Of a stretch of DNA of 64,000 bases, positions 13,321-26,363 are shown one piece after another. The stretch spans positions 9,554,725 to 9,618,724 of the forward strand of contig NC_092398.1 of assembly GCF_030028105.1 (NCBI RefSeq), written 5' to 3'. A model generated the notes under the pieces. That model was given only the letters and a program-made list of their open reading frames with translations. It ran no database searches and was not told where the DNA came from. The translations under genes were made by a program, and so were the position numbers. Position 1 is the first letter of the stretch, and each line of letters begins with the position of its first letter. This DNA is from Mobula birostris. Lineage: Eukaryota.

Positions 13321-13453
13321 GCCCCAGGCGAAGGCATGGCCTGAACCTTACAGGCCACGGCTGCACTTTCCCACCTAAATACCCGCCCTGTCGCTGGCGA
13401 AGGTTGCCAATCGAATTACACCCCCTCCACGACCGCAGGCCCGCCGTCTTTAC

Positions 13454-13543
13454 CTCAGTGAGAAACACCTTGAAAGCCTCCTCCCCGCTGGATTCCGTCG
13501 CGGGCGCTGCTTTACCCGCCGGTGTTCCACTACACGTCGCCAT
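13454..13543 (-). CDS. DNAJC8: Probable DNAJC8 coding exon 1 (remaining exons not found in window)
   Basis: ATG at 13543 in a CpG island. Translates MATCSGTPAGKAAPATESSGEEAFKVFLTE, then GAG|GTAAAG donor. Resembles the recalled DNAJC8 N-terminus (EEAFxxFxxE|VKQIEK) and lies divergent to ATP5IF1 as in human. Only 30 codons are visible. Confidence 0.72.
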
Positions 13544-13800
13544 CTTGCCTCCTCCTCCTCCACCGCCCAGCCCGCTCCTGGAGGGCCACGTGACCTACGT
13601 AGCCGACCCTTGACCCGGCGCATGACGGCGTTTGATTGACAGTCACTTGCAGGTTGCCTCCCTCCGCCGGGTCTCTGCTGAAACCGGAGCGAGGACGTTG
13701 CAAGAATTCCCACTCATTTCGCCCCTTCTTACTGAGCAATCGATCGGCAACGAACGAGAGAAGCTGACGCCAGGGCTCCGAGGAACCCAAGCAATTGAAA
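13544..13800 (-). promoter_or_regulatory. CpG-island promoter of probable DNAJC8
   Basis: CpG-rich. YY1-type AAGATGGCG spans the ATG; E-box GTCACGTGG at ~13586-13594. Confidence 0.6.
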
Positions 13801-13974
13801 TATGAGCTGAGGGCCAGACTGCACACAATGGGCCGAAGGGCCGTGCTCTCGGTTGCTACGATGACTATAATTCAAGGCTACTCAACATTCAGCAATAAGC
13901 TCTAACGTTTCCCTGCCGATATCTCTGTCCTTTGGCTTGCGGTCCACAATTTATCGCTCAGATGGAAATCAGAA

Positions 13975-14785
13975 ATACTACAATCACCGGCATATGACGT
14001 GCGCTTTGTTGACTTTGCGGCTTCGGTACAATGCAGTACGTAATAATAGAAAAAAACTGTGAATTGTAGTGAGTATATAATAGTTAAATAAGTAAAGCAA
14101 AAATAAAAAAGTAGTGAGGTGGTGTTCATGGGTTGAATGTTCATTCAGAAACCTGATGATAGGGGAAGAAGCTGTTCCTGAATCGTTGAGTGTGTGTGCC
14201 TTCAGGCCCCTGTACCTCGTCCCTGATTGTATCAATGAGAAGAGGTTATGCCTGGGTGATGGGGGTCCTTACTGATGGATGCCGCCTTTTTTGAAGCATC
14301 GCTCCCTGAAGATGTCCTGGATACTACGGAGGCTAGTGCCCATGAGCTGATTAAATTTACAACTTTCTGCAGCTTATTTTGAGCCTGTACAGTAGCCCCC
14401 ATGCCACCCCCCCCCACACACACACACACCAGACGGTGATGCAGCCAGTTAGAAAGCTCTCTACGGTACATCTGTAGAAATTTGCAATTGTCTTTGGTGA
14501 CATACCAAATCTCCTCAAACTCCTAAAGAAATGTAGCCGCTGTTGTGCCTTCTTTGTAGCTGCATCAATATGTTGGGACCAGGTTAGATCCTCAGATATA
14601 TTAGCACCCAGGAAGTTGGAATTGTTCACTCTCTCCACTCCTGATCCTGCTATGAGGACTGGTGTGTGTTCCCTCATCTTACCCTTCCTGAAGTCCACAA
14701 TTAGTTCTTTGATCTTACTGACATTGAGTGCATGGTTATTGTTGCGACACCACTCAACTAGTTGATATATCTTGCTCCAGTACTA
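13975..14785 (-). mobile_element. Rex1/Babar LINE 3' fragment
   Basis: DFRK...FLGANISEDLTWS..KKAQQRLHF..NFYRCTVES..GCITVW. Similar tails at ~6130-6520, 24770-25625, 27040-27355, 41535-41930, 45200-45590, 50895-51360, 52365-53400 and 57330-58025. Confidence 0.88.
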
Positions 14786-16430
14786 TGTCACTTGCGGCTG
14801 AAGCTTCTAAATTTTCACAACATAAGAGAATAAAGAAGATTCTCTTCATCGGAGTCCCCATCTGAAGATTGTGCCCCAGAGTGTCTACTTTCCAGTTCGT
14901 GGACAGTATAGTCACAGCATAGAATCCAGTGGTTTTTTTTCAGTACTTTATTGAAATTTCTCACTCAACTAAATCCCATTATCATAATTCCTCAATCATA
15001 ATTGTCATTTCGCTCTCCTTAGACAGTAACCCTAAAAGTTCAACGTTCATTTATTATCAAAGTATGTATACGTTTTACAACCTTGAGATTCGTCTCCTTA
15101 CAGGCAGCTATAATAGAAGAAGCCATTAAAAGAACACCGACAAACACCCAAGTGTGCAGAGAACAAAATCATGCAAGCAATAAAAATAAGCAAAAAGCAT
15201 TCAGAACTAAAGGGAGACCATAGACACAAGGCCCGGAGCAAACCCCACAGTCTCAGTTCAGCACATGGTGGAGTAAACGTCGTGGAGCCCACAGAAACAA
15301 AGCCCAGAGCAGCGAGCAAAACTGGTCTAGTTCCGACACCCTGCCTTTTCAATCCATCTGACCTGGCATTCGGCTCCTCCTCTGGGAGATATTGAAAGTA
15401 AATGGCTGAAAGGCAAACCATTGTCAGTTTTAGGTTAATCTAAAACTGGAAACCTAGTCTGTTAGACACCTAAGTTCACAGTACTGTCACCCTGAGATTC
15501 GTTTTCTTGCGGGCATTCACAAACATAGTGGGCACGCTTTGTTGGTGCCAGAATGTGTGGTGATATTTGCGGACTGTCCCCAGCACATCCTTGGACAGCC
15601 TGCAAATATCACCACACATTCTGTAGAAAAATATGCCAAGAACAATCGTGGTCAAGGACTGTGATCGCCCACATCATAGGGCACGGTGCAAAGTGATGAT
15701 GTCATATGACATGGCGCATAATGATGATGACAATGATGAATAAAGGTAGCAAATAAATGCCCACTATGTTTGTTAATGCCTGCAAGAAAACATCCTAGGA
15801 TGTGCTGGTTGTTGATACAAGAGGAGCATTTTGCTGTATGTTTTGATGTATGTGCATGTGAATCGGAATCATTTTGAAGAAAAGTCTCCATCAGCAACTT
15901 TGTGCCCTCTAGAGCTGTCTTTTGGGAGTTTGCACCTTCTCTCCGGCCAGCCCGGCCTTATTTGCTACGTTTAATCATCATCATCATTATGTGCCATGTC
16001 ATATGACATCATCACTATGCACCGTGTCCTATGACGTGGGCGATCACGGTCCTTGACCATGACTGTTCTTGGCAAATTTTTCTACAAAAGTGGCTTGCCA
16101 TTGCCGCCTTCTGGGCAGAGTCTGAAGAGACTGGTGGCCCCAGCCTTCATCAATAATCTTCAGAGATTGACTGCCCCACCCACACTGTCGCATGCAAATG
16201 GCTACTTGGAGCCACACGTGAGAGCCGAGCGTCCGATAGGGACCAAAGCTGGGCAAGCTGCCCAGACTGGACACGACAAGCCCTTTCACCAGAGGTACTA
16301 CCCCTCCCTGGACACCCCATACACCATCTGCATCTCTACTGTCCAGATACTTACATAGACATTGTTAACCACTATTCCTGGCACCTCATTCCAAAATGCA
16401 CAACTTGGCAGGTACTGCCAAGTTCTGGAG

Positions 16431-18694
16431 TGTAATGGGCTGGATTAATCAGACCCAGTAGACCCAAACAATTCGAGTATGATGTCTGTAATTTGTCAAG
16501 TAGGGTGCCGTGCACAATCCTGATTTGATGGAGACGGACGTGAGAGCACTGAGGAACATCTGGTGAAAGTTCTGAAATGCCTGCTTCACTGCCGCTGCTA
16601 CCGTGTGGTCCAGAACCTCCAGAGGGAAAGGCCCCGAGTCCTTGGCTTTGCTTGTTGCTCGACAGCCAGGGCAGGGTCAAAGGATGGTGGTTGGAGGCTC
16701 GAAGTTTTCGGACGGACTCAGAATCCGCTGCGGTCAGGTGCTTCCAATGTTGCTGCATCGGCAAGTTTGCAGCGCTTGGAAGTTCATGGCAGGGAGAGTT
16801 TCTCCCTTCTGCCGCCTGCGTGAGATGATGAGGCTATCGGGACTTTGAGACTTTTTTTTTACCATGCCCATGGTCTGCTCTTTATCAAATTATGGTATTG
16901 CTTTGCGCTGTTGTAACTATATGTTATAATTATGTGGTTTTGTCAGTTTTAGTCTTGGTTTGTCCTGTGTTTTCTTGTGATATCATTCTGGAAGAACATT
17001 GTATTATTTTTAATGCATGCATTTCTAAATGACAATAAACAAGGACTGAGTGTCCTCATAAACTAATCTAATCTAATCTAAATACTGCGTAGTAAGTTAA
17101 AGATTACAGGGCTCACGATCCTTAGCCTCCGCTTGGTCATTCCCATCATCGGGGAATTGATTGTCGCTGTTGTTGGGGGGAGCTCCGAATTCCAACTCGT
17201 GAAATCACCCTGGGTCCATCCTAGGCATCGCGATTCCTCGGTCTAGGTGAAGTCCCAAGGACCAAGCAAAAGGTGCCCCAATAAATAGGGGTCCAATCCA
17301 CAAGCATTGAGAGACATGCAGAGACAGATAAACTCTTTTGGTCTCTTGCCACCAGTTCCTGAGGCCAAAAAAATAATCCAGCTGTTATCAGCAAACGGGT
17401 GTCATGTTGAAGTTGTATAGGACATTGGTGAGGCCCAGGTTGGAGTATTGTGTGCAGTTTTGATCACCGACCCACAGAAAAGATGTAAATAAGGTTGACA
17501 GAGTACAAAGGAAATTTACAAGGATGTTGTCAGGTCCAAAGGACCCAAGGTTATAAGGGGACATTGAGTAGGTTAAGACTTTATTCCTTGGAATGTGGAA
17601 GATTGAGAGGAGATTTGATAGAGGTGTACAAGATTATGAGGGGTATTGATAGAGTAAATGCAAGCCAGCTTTTTCCACTGTTTGGGTGGGACTACAACCA
17701 GAGGCCATGGGTTAAGGGTGAAAGGTGAAAAGTTAACGGGAACATGAGGAAAAACTTCTTCACTCAGTGGTTCATGAGAGTGTGGAACAAGCTGCCAGCA
17801 CCACGAGAGCTCGATTTTAATGTTTAAGAGAAGTTCGGGTTGGTATGGAAGGTATGGGTGCAGGTCGATGGGAGGAGGCAGTTTAAATGGTGTAGCATGG
17901 ACTAGATGGACGAAGGGCCTGTTCCTGTGCTGTGATTTTCTATGACTCTATTTAACAAATCTCTGATATCAGGGATGTGATGTCGAGGCTCTATAAGGCA
18001 CTGGTGAGACCTCACATGGAGTACTGTGGGCAGTTTTGGTCTCCTTATTTAAGGAAGGATGTACTGACGTTGGAGAGGGTACAGAGGAAATTCACTAGAA
18101 TGATTCCGGGAATGAGAGGGTTAACATATGAGGAACGTTTGTCCACTCTTGGACTGTACTCCTTGGAGTTCAGAAGAATGAGGGGAGACCTCATAGAAAC
18201 ATTTCAAATATTGAAAGGCATGGACAGTGTGGATGTGGCAAAGTTGTTTCCCATGATGGGGGAGTCTAGTGCGAGAGGGCATGACTTAAGGATTGAAGGG
18301 CGCCCATTCAGAACAGAAGTGCGAAGAAAGTTTTTTCATCAGAGGGTGGTGAATCTATGAAATTTGTTGCCACGGGCAGCAGTGGAGGCCGAGTCATTGG
18401 GTGTATTTAAGGCAGAGGTTGATCGGTATCTGAGTAGCCAGGGCATCAAAGGTTATGGTGAGAAGGCAGGGGAGTGGGACTAAATGGGAGAATGGATCAG
18501 CTCATGATGAAATGGCGGAGCAGACTCGATGGGCCGAATGGCTGACTTCTGCTCCTTTGTCTTATGGTCTTAGCAAACCTACAGTGTTTAACTTGTACAG
18601 ACACCTGACATGTTGCAAGCTCACAAAGAGTTAATGTCACTTGGAATTCTTCAGCCTTTCATCTAATATTTTTACAAAATTTAATACACCACCA
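16431..18694 (-). mobile_element. Solo LTR fragmented by nested insertions
   Basis: Segments 16431-16498, ~17085-17397 and ~18572-18694 match the uninterrupted TG...CA copy at 53423-53916. Confidence 0.65.
17398..18571 (+). mobile_element. Two tandem CR1 3' fragments (17398-17950, 17970-18571)
   Basis: LYKALVRPHMEYCGQFWSPYLRKD. The second copy is nearly identical to the 1253-1860 copy. Confidence 0.92.
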
Positions 18695-19393
18695 CGCAAT
18701 GGGACACAGGAGACGGCAGCCACAGGAATCTGGAGCAGCATACAATCTGCGGAGGAATACAGCAGGTCGAGCAGCAAGTGTGGGAGTGAGGGAAATGTCA
18801 ATGTTGTCAAATTCTTACCAGCCCAGCTTAATGTTTGGCGAGTTTAAGTGAAGTAGTAGACGCAGTACACAGGATGATCTGACAGAAATAGAATGCAGGA
18901 AAAGCTGTAACAGAGATGTGGTCAACAATCTGTCCCCCATATCTTTTAAATCTCTCATCTTTGATTTTCAATCTATGCCAGCATGCCCTCCCTGGGAAAA
19001 AGACAGCGCTTGCCTTCAATTTAATCTACTTTTGCCGAACCACTTAATTCCGTGCAACACACACAAAACGCTGGGGAACTCAACAGGCCAGGCAGCATCC
19101 ATGGTGAAGAGCAAACAGTCGACGTTTCGGGCCAGTCTCGGCAGAACTGGAAAGCTAGAGAGGTCAGAGTAAGAAGGTGGGGGCAGGAGAGGAGGAAGTC
19201 CAGGGTGACAGCTGATGGGTGAAACCAGGAGAGGGGGAGGGGGTAAAGGAAAAAGCAGGAAAATTGAGAGGTGAAAGAGATAAAGGGCTGGAGAAGGGGG
19301 AATCTGATGGGAGAGGATAGTGCAGCTTTGGGCCTGTACTCAGTGGAATTTGGGAGAACCTCATTAAAACCTATGAAATGTGGAAAGGACTCC

Positions 19394-19929
19394 TGTAACA
19401 CACTGTAAGGTTTCACTGCGAATGTAATGGTTTCTCTGTAGCAGCAACGTTTGGGTTATGACTGGAGATAATGGGGTTTTGGAAGGTGGAGACTACCCAA
19501 TGAGAGAAATGCTGTTCTTTCTTGTGAGCTGGAAGAGAGATCTTCGCCGTCTTTTGCTGGGGAGAGATGACGAGAGAAGACGTGAATGGAGGGAGTTGGT
19601 AGACTGCCAGACGGAATAGACGTGGAGTGAGGGTCCGAAGGTCAGCGGTGATCGGAGGAGATTGACGGATGAACGGCCTTATCAGTGAGCTCCAACATTG
19701 CACATTAGACTGTTTCATGAGAATGGGCCTTTTTCTTTTTTTGTTTTCTTTACTAACCATATAAAGCTCAATCGTTTAATCACATATTGAGTACTGTTTG
19801 TTATTTCGTGGTACTGATTTGTAACGGGACACATCGTGCAGCATCCACCCAAACAAGATTTCTTAAGTTTGGCTGGGCCGGGGACAAATCACCCCCTATA
19901 CTAAGCCTCTAGCCGAAGCGGGAGTTACA
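19394..19929 (+). mobile_element. Solo LTR inserted in a CR1 tail (~19345-20275)
   Basis: TGTAAC...GTTACA termini; CR1 sequence resumes on both sides. Confidence 0.75.
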
Positions 19930-21394
19930 CTAGATAAGGTGGATGTGGAGGTGATGTTTCCTATGGTGGGACTGTCCAGAACTGGAGGATAAGCCTCAAA
20001 ATTGAGGGGCAACTCTTTAGAACAGAGGTAAGGAGGGATCTTCTGAGCCACAGAGTGAATCAGTGGAATGCTGTGCCACAGGCGGTTGAGGAGGCCAAAA
20101 CTGCGTACATTTAAAGTGAAAATTGATAAGATTCCTGATTGGTCAGGGCATCAAAGGTTATGGTGAGAAGGCAGGTGTATGGGGTTGAGTGGGATCCAGG
20201 AGCAGCCATGTTGGAATGGCAGAGCAGACTCAAAGGGCTGAATGGCCTAATTCTGCTCCTATGTCTTAAGGCCTAAGACCATGGAAGAAAGGGAAGGAAG
20301 AGGAACAGCAGAGGGAGGTGGTGGGCAGCTAAGGTGAGAGAGGAAAATAGGAATGGGGGAATGGTGAAGGAGAAGGGGACATTCCCCAAATAATACTAAA
20401 ATCAGACACTTCACCTCAAGACTGAAGAGGCTATAGGGAACTGTAGATTGAGGGGTAGAGAGGTGAACAGAAAGGAGGGGAACAGCTTTATTTGTCACTC
20501 ATCCAGGATGTCTCAGAGCTGCTGCAGAAGATTCTCAAGAGGGAGGGCGAGCAGCCAGAGGCAGAAAAGCTGTTCTTCATCTCATGTTTTTGATACTGGT
20601 TGCTTATTTATTTATTTATTATTAATATTTCTTCCTTTTTGTACTTGCACAGTTTGTTGTCTCTTGCGCTCTGATTGAACACCCAGGTTAGTGTGGTCTT
20701 CTGTTGTTATGTTATGGTTGTTATTCTATGATGGATTTATTGAGTATGCCCGCAAGAAAATGAGCCTAGGGGTTGTATCTGTTACTTTGATAATAAACTT
20801 ACTTTGGACTTTGGAACATACGGTGAAATGTTTTGCCTGCATCAAATCGTATCAGTGATGATCGTGCCAGGGTAACCCGCAGGTGCCACCACAACATAGC
20901 AACCCAGAGCTTACCAACCCTAACCCATACTTCTTGGGAATCAGAGGAACCCCACGCGGTATTGGGGAGGAACGTACAAACTCCTTACAGACAGCGCTGG
21001 GAATTCAATTCCCTATCCTACAGCTGGCGCTCTAATAGCACGATGCTGACCACTGCAGCAGCTGATGAGTTGACCTAGCCTCTTTCTGTGAGTCTGCTCC
21101 AGGAATTCCCAACCCTTTTGATGCCATGGACCCCCACCATTAACCGAGGGCTTTGTGGTCTACTCAATGAACTTGCTTTCCATAAACCGAAAAATTTTAG
21201 ATACACATTTCCCTGTTCCTGCTTATGGTGGTAACATTTCAAAAGGGCATGATAAAACTGAAAGTCTCTTCTATTGAATGCTTACAATATCTATGCGTGC
21301 GTTAGTATTTTTAATATCGGCAGTTAAACTGCACTTCAAGTTAACTTCAAGTAAGATCCATTGGCTGTAAACGTAGTGGATCAGCTGACCTGGC

Positions 21395-22380
21395 ACTCCT
21401 GACCCACCGCCAACGGGATCCCACCACTAAGCACATCTTTCCCTCCACCCCCTCTCTCCGCTTTCCGCAGGGATCGCTCCCTACGCGTCTCCCTTGTTCA
21501 TTCGTCCCCCCCATCCCTCCCCACCAATCTCCCTCCCGGCACTTATCCTTGTAAGCGGAACAAGTGCTACACATGCCCTTACACTTCCTCCCTCACCGCC
21601 ATTCAGGGCCCCAGATAGTCCTTCCAGATGAGGCGACCCTTCACCTGTGAGTTGGCTGGGGTGATATACTGCGTCCAGTGCTCCCGATGTGGCCTTCTAT
21701 ATATTGGCGAGACCCAACGCAGACTGGGAGATCGTTTCGCTGAACACCTACGCTCTGTCCGCCAGAGAAATCAGGATCTTCCAGTGGCCACACATTTTAA
21801 TTCCATGTCCCATTTCCATTCTGATATGTCTATCCACGGCCTCCTCTACTGTAAAGATGAAGCCACACTCAGGTTGGAGGAACAACACCTTGTATTCCGT
21901 CTGGGTAGCCTCCAACCTGATGGCATGAACGCTGACTTCTCAAACTTCTGTTAATGCCCCACGTCCCCCTCATACCCCATCTGTTAATGCCCCACGTCCC
22001 CCTCATACCCCATCCGTTATTTATTTATATACACACATTCTTTTTCTCTCTCTCCTTTTTCTCCCTCTGTCCCTCTCATTATACCCCTTGCCCATCCTCT
22101 GGGCTTCTCCCCTCCCCATTTTTTTCTCCCTGGGCCTCCTGTCCCATGATCGTCTCATATCCCTTTTGCCAATCACCTGTCCAGCTCTTGGCTCCATCCC
22201 TCCCCCTCCTGTTTTCTCCTATCATTTCAGATCTCCCCCTCCCCCTCCCACTTTCAAATCTCTTACTAACTCTTCCTTCAGTTAGTCCTGACGAAGGGTC
22301 TTGGCCTGAAACGTCGACTGTACCTCTTGCTAGAGATGCTGCCTGGCCTGCTGTGTTCACCAGCAACTTTTATGTGTGTC
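21395..22380 (+). mobile_element. Penelope-like 3' fragment (linker, GIY-YIG, pLTR)
   Basis: ORF 21628-21954 VIYCVQCSRCGLLYIGET. Intact hammerhead core at ~22285-22320; 33-bp tandem duplication at ~21949-22014. Confidence 0.92.
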
Positions 22381-25300
22381 TCCTGACCCAGAACTTCGTG
22401 TTTAGTATTCTGGCAATACTTGTTACAGCCACTTGATGGCGCTGTGCGTGGATGACACCGCAACAACAGCTTTCACAGACCCGGATTCCGAAAGTGGCAA
22501 AACATATTGAGCAACACACACAAAATGCTGGAGGAACTCAGCAAGTCAGGCATCATCTGTGGAGGGCAACAAACACTTGACGTTTTGGGCTCAGACTCTT
22601 TATCAGAACATGGAAAGGATAGAGGCAGAAGCCAGAATAAGGCGACGTGTGGGGGAGAGGGAGGGCGAGTCTAATACAAGTAGGCAGGTGATAGGTGAAA
22701 AGAGAAAGATTATTATTACTTGTCACAAATAAATCGAAACATTGAAGTGAAGTGCGTTGTTTGCATCGAATTAAATCAGCGAGGATTGTACTGGGCAGCC
22801 CACAAGCAGTGTCACATTTCTGACGCCAATGCAGCATGCTCACAACTCACTAGCCCTAGCAGTGCGCCTTTGGAATACGAGAGGACACCAGAGTACCAAG
22901 GGGAAGCCCACGCGGTCACAGGGAGTACGTACAAACTCTTTACTGACAGTGGTGGGAACGGAACCCCAATTGTCCATCACTGACTCTGTCCTTGCAAAAT
23001 TCTCCCCTTCTCTTTCTGAGTGTTGATATCATGGGTTTGAAAGGTGTCAAACTCGATGAATATCTGTAAGATAAAAGGTAAATGGGCTAAATGCAGGCAA
23101 AAGCTCGGTCGGCATGGACCAGGTAGACGGAAAGGCCTCTTTCTGTTCCGTATGGCTCTGTGACTTCATGCACGTGCAAGGGCCCTACATGGGAATCTTG
23201 CATAAAAATGTTTGATAGATCAAAGCTTATGATCCAAAATATCTACGGAGAGAAATAAAGAGTTGATGTTTCAGGCCGAGACCCCTCATCAGGTAAGATG
23301 GCGACGCGTTCAATTGCGGTGGCTTTTACGGGGATCAATGAAAGGTGCTGTTCTCATGTGAACAAAGTCACCGGAGAGAAGTACTGGTAGATATGAAGCA
23401 GTCTCCGTATTCAACAAAATTAGATACAGCAGGCATCAGATGGAGACCCGTTCGGAGGAAGAAGGTCTGCCTCACCCAACACTACACAACATTTTATGTG
23501 CTAAAGATCAAAGGACAATTCCATATTTACAATCCATCCACAATGCTTTCCTTTGAACTACACACAACCTTCACACCCCCCGCTTCGTGCCCACACACTA
23601 CGAACACCAAAACGCATTTTAATCAGCATTGTCTGGCCTTCCCATTAACTGTGATTCACAGTTTTAGGAACCCATTGTTCAGAGTTGCATTTTAAATTTA
23701 ATCTACAGTCCATATTCAGATCTGTAGGTTGGTGGTTAAGGTTATTTGCCCCCCCCCCAAACACTCTAACAGTGCTATTGTCATTTTTAAACTTTTTTTT
23801 ATGATTGCAAGATCCTGCTAGATATTAAGAACTTAAAGTACTACCCCATCAGCGAGCTGCTCATTGGTGGAGAAACTGAAGGAGATGCGTCTCGTGCTGC
23901 TGACTGCATTGGAAGAGGCATACACTCTAATAGAGAGTGACTGTCTTGGTCACTTTAATTGTGATTGCAAGGCTCTTTTTGACATTGTTAATGTGGAAGT
24001 TTGATTCACTGATTTATTGGCAGATAGCAGCGGTGGAAGGCAGGGGAGTTGCGTGGCCTTGGTCGTGTGTGAGGACTGGGCCCCAAGCTGCGGTGTCACC
24101 TGTTTACAGCCGCCAAGAGAGCAGCGTCAGAGCCGGTGCGCTCCACCAGGGCGGGGAGTGGCATGGCATCCAGGCTGGAGATGGTGCTGCCCCTCAGTGT
24201 TGACTCAGCAGAAGGCATGCTGTATTGTGGTCAACTGCAGATTTCTGCGGCATTCGTGGCTCAGGTCTGGACTATTTTTTTTACATGGCTGCATCTTACT
24301 GATACCTTTATGTGCTTGCTATCTTGCATGTGCTATACATGTTTTGTGCCATGTGTGACTGTTGGTACTGTATTTTGCACCTTGGAGCCAGAGTAACACT
24401 GTCTCGTTTGGCTGTATTCACAGGTATTCATGCATGGTTGAATGACCATTAAACTTGAATTGAAGGATCTTGCCCTGAAACCTCACCTCTTTATTCCTCT
24501 TCATTGATGCTGCCTGACCTGCTGAGTTCCTCCAGCAGCTCATGTGTATTACTCTGGATGCCTGGCATCTGCAGAATCTCTTGTGTCTATGATGGTCAAG
24601 AGTTTGATTAATGTGGATACAAGGAACTGCAGATGCTGGAACTTGGAGCAATCACCCCTCTGCTGGAAGAACCCATTCCACTGAACATCACCCGTGGGAG
24701 TACAGGGATTGAAACCTCGATTAATATCTGTTGAAGTGTGAACAGCTTTAATTGGGAAAGAGAGCCAGACAGATTATTGTGGACGCAACGCGGCATGTTG
24801 TGGCATCTGCTCTGCCCAAGACTACAAGCAACCACAGAGAGCTGTGGACACAGCCCAGCGTAACATGGGAACCAACCTCCCCTCCATGGACTCCATGCAA
24901 GATATTCTCTCTTCTCCACTCTTCCTTTGGGCAGAAAATACAAAAGCCCCACAAGTGTGTACCACCAGGCTCATAGCCAGCTACTACCCCTCTGTTATAA
25001 GACTACAGAATGGTTCCCCAGTACAGTAAGATGGGCTCCTGACCTCACAATCTACCTTGCTATGATCTTGCTACCTTGTTATCCAACTGCACTGCACTTT
25101 CTCTGTACCTGCTGCACTTTATTCTGCATTCTGCTGATTTCCTTCAACATTTTCTGCATTATGTTATTGTCTTACCTCATTGCACTGCGGTAAGTAGTGT
25201 GATTGGTCAGTATAAAACAAACTCATTCGTAAGGCCAGTGATGTTGTGAGGATGGAACTGGACTCTCTGACAGTGGTGTCTGAAAAGAGGATGCTGTCTA

Positions 25301-25906
25301 AGTTGCATGCCATCTTGGTCAATGTCTCCCATCCACTACATAATATACTGGGTGGGCACAGGAGTACATTCAGCCAGAGACTCATTCCACTGAGATGCAG
25401 CACAGAGCGTCATAGGAAGTCATTCCTGCCTGTGGCCATCAAACTTTACAACTCGTCCCTTGGAGGGTCAGACAGCCTGAGCCAATAGGCTGGTCATAAT
25501 TTACTGGCATAATTTACATATTACTATTTAACTGTTTATGGTTCTATTACTATTTATTATTTATGGAGCAACAGTAACGAAAACCAATTCCCCCCCCGGG
25601 GATTAATAAAGTATGACTATGACTATAAATGGTCCCGTGATTAGGCTAGGGTTAAATCGGGGTTGCGGGCCTCAAAGGGCCCGAAGGGCCTGTTACGCGC
25701 TGTATCTCAATAAATAATCAATGGATCTGTTATGGACAGGGTGCAAGGCAAGTTTTTCACTGTAGTATGTAATTGTGACAATAATAAACCATATCCGATT
25801 CCAAGATTGGGAATCTCCTGCTGAAGATCCATGGGGTTATTACAGGTGATCAAGATGCCAGAAAAGGTGGAATGAAACTATGATAAAATTCGAATTATCT
25901 GGCGAA

Positions 25907-26160
25907 GAGGCGTGGTTTAATCAGGCTAGGCAAATGAGGAGGGGCGAGGCTTAACGAGGCCGGGCCGGGTGGCGGGGCGTGGCTTAATCAGGCTAGGCAA
26001 ATGAGGAGGGGCGGGGCTTAACGAGGCCGAGCCGGGTGGCGGGGCGCGGCTTAATCAGGCTAGGCAAATGAGGAGGGGCGGGGCTTAACGAGGCCGGGCC
26101 GGGTGGCGGGGCGTGGCTTAATCAGGCTAGGCAAATGAGGAGTGGCGGGGCGTGGCTTAA
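25907..26160 (+). repeat. 67-bp tandem repeat (~3.5 copies) in ATP5IF1 promoter
   Basis: AATCAGGCTAGGCAAATGAGGAG recurs at 25919, 25986, 26053 and 26120. Each unit has two Sp/KLF-type GC boxes. Confidence 0.93.
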
Positions 26161-26291
26161 GAGGGTTAGTCGGAGGGGCGGGACATGCCCTGGCCAGACA
26201 GAATCTTCCGGCAAGCACTGCGCGCTCCTGCCCTTATTGGTACGCCGGTGGTCACCTGGCCCGACACTCGGACGCCGCAAGGGCATCAGTC

Positions 26292-26363
26292 ATGGCGCGT
26301 TTGTTGCTGTCGGGGCGGATGGCGCTGGGTCGGCAGCTGCGGAACTACGGCGACAGCAGCCAG
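26292..26363 (+). CDS. ATP5IF1: ATP5IF1 exon 1
   Basis: [24 protein letters not shown], donor CAG|GTAACC. Confidence 0.9.

Noticed and set aside
1-13453. Search for DNAJC8 exons 2 onward
   Set aside because: None recognised by eye; presumed to lie left of the window, which limits confidence in the gene call.
25907-26160. Regularly spaced repeats as a CRISPR-like array
   Set aside because: Head-to-tail units with no unique spacers, eukaryotic context, no cas genes.
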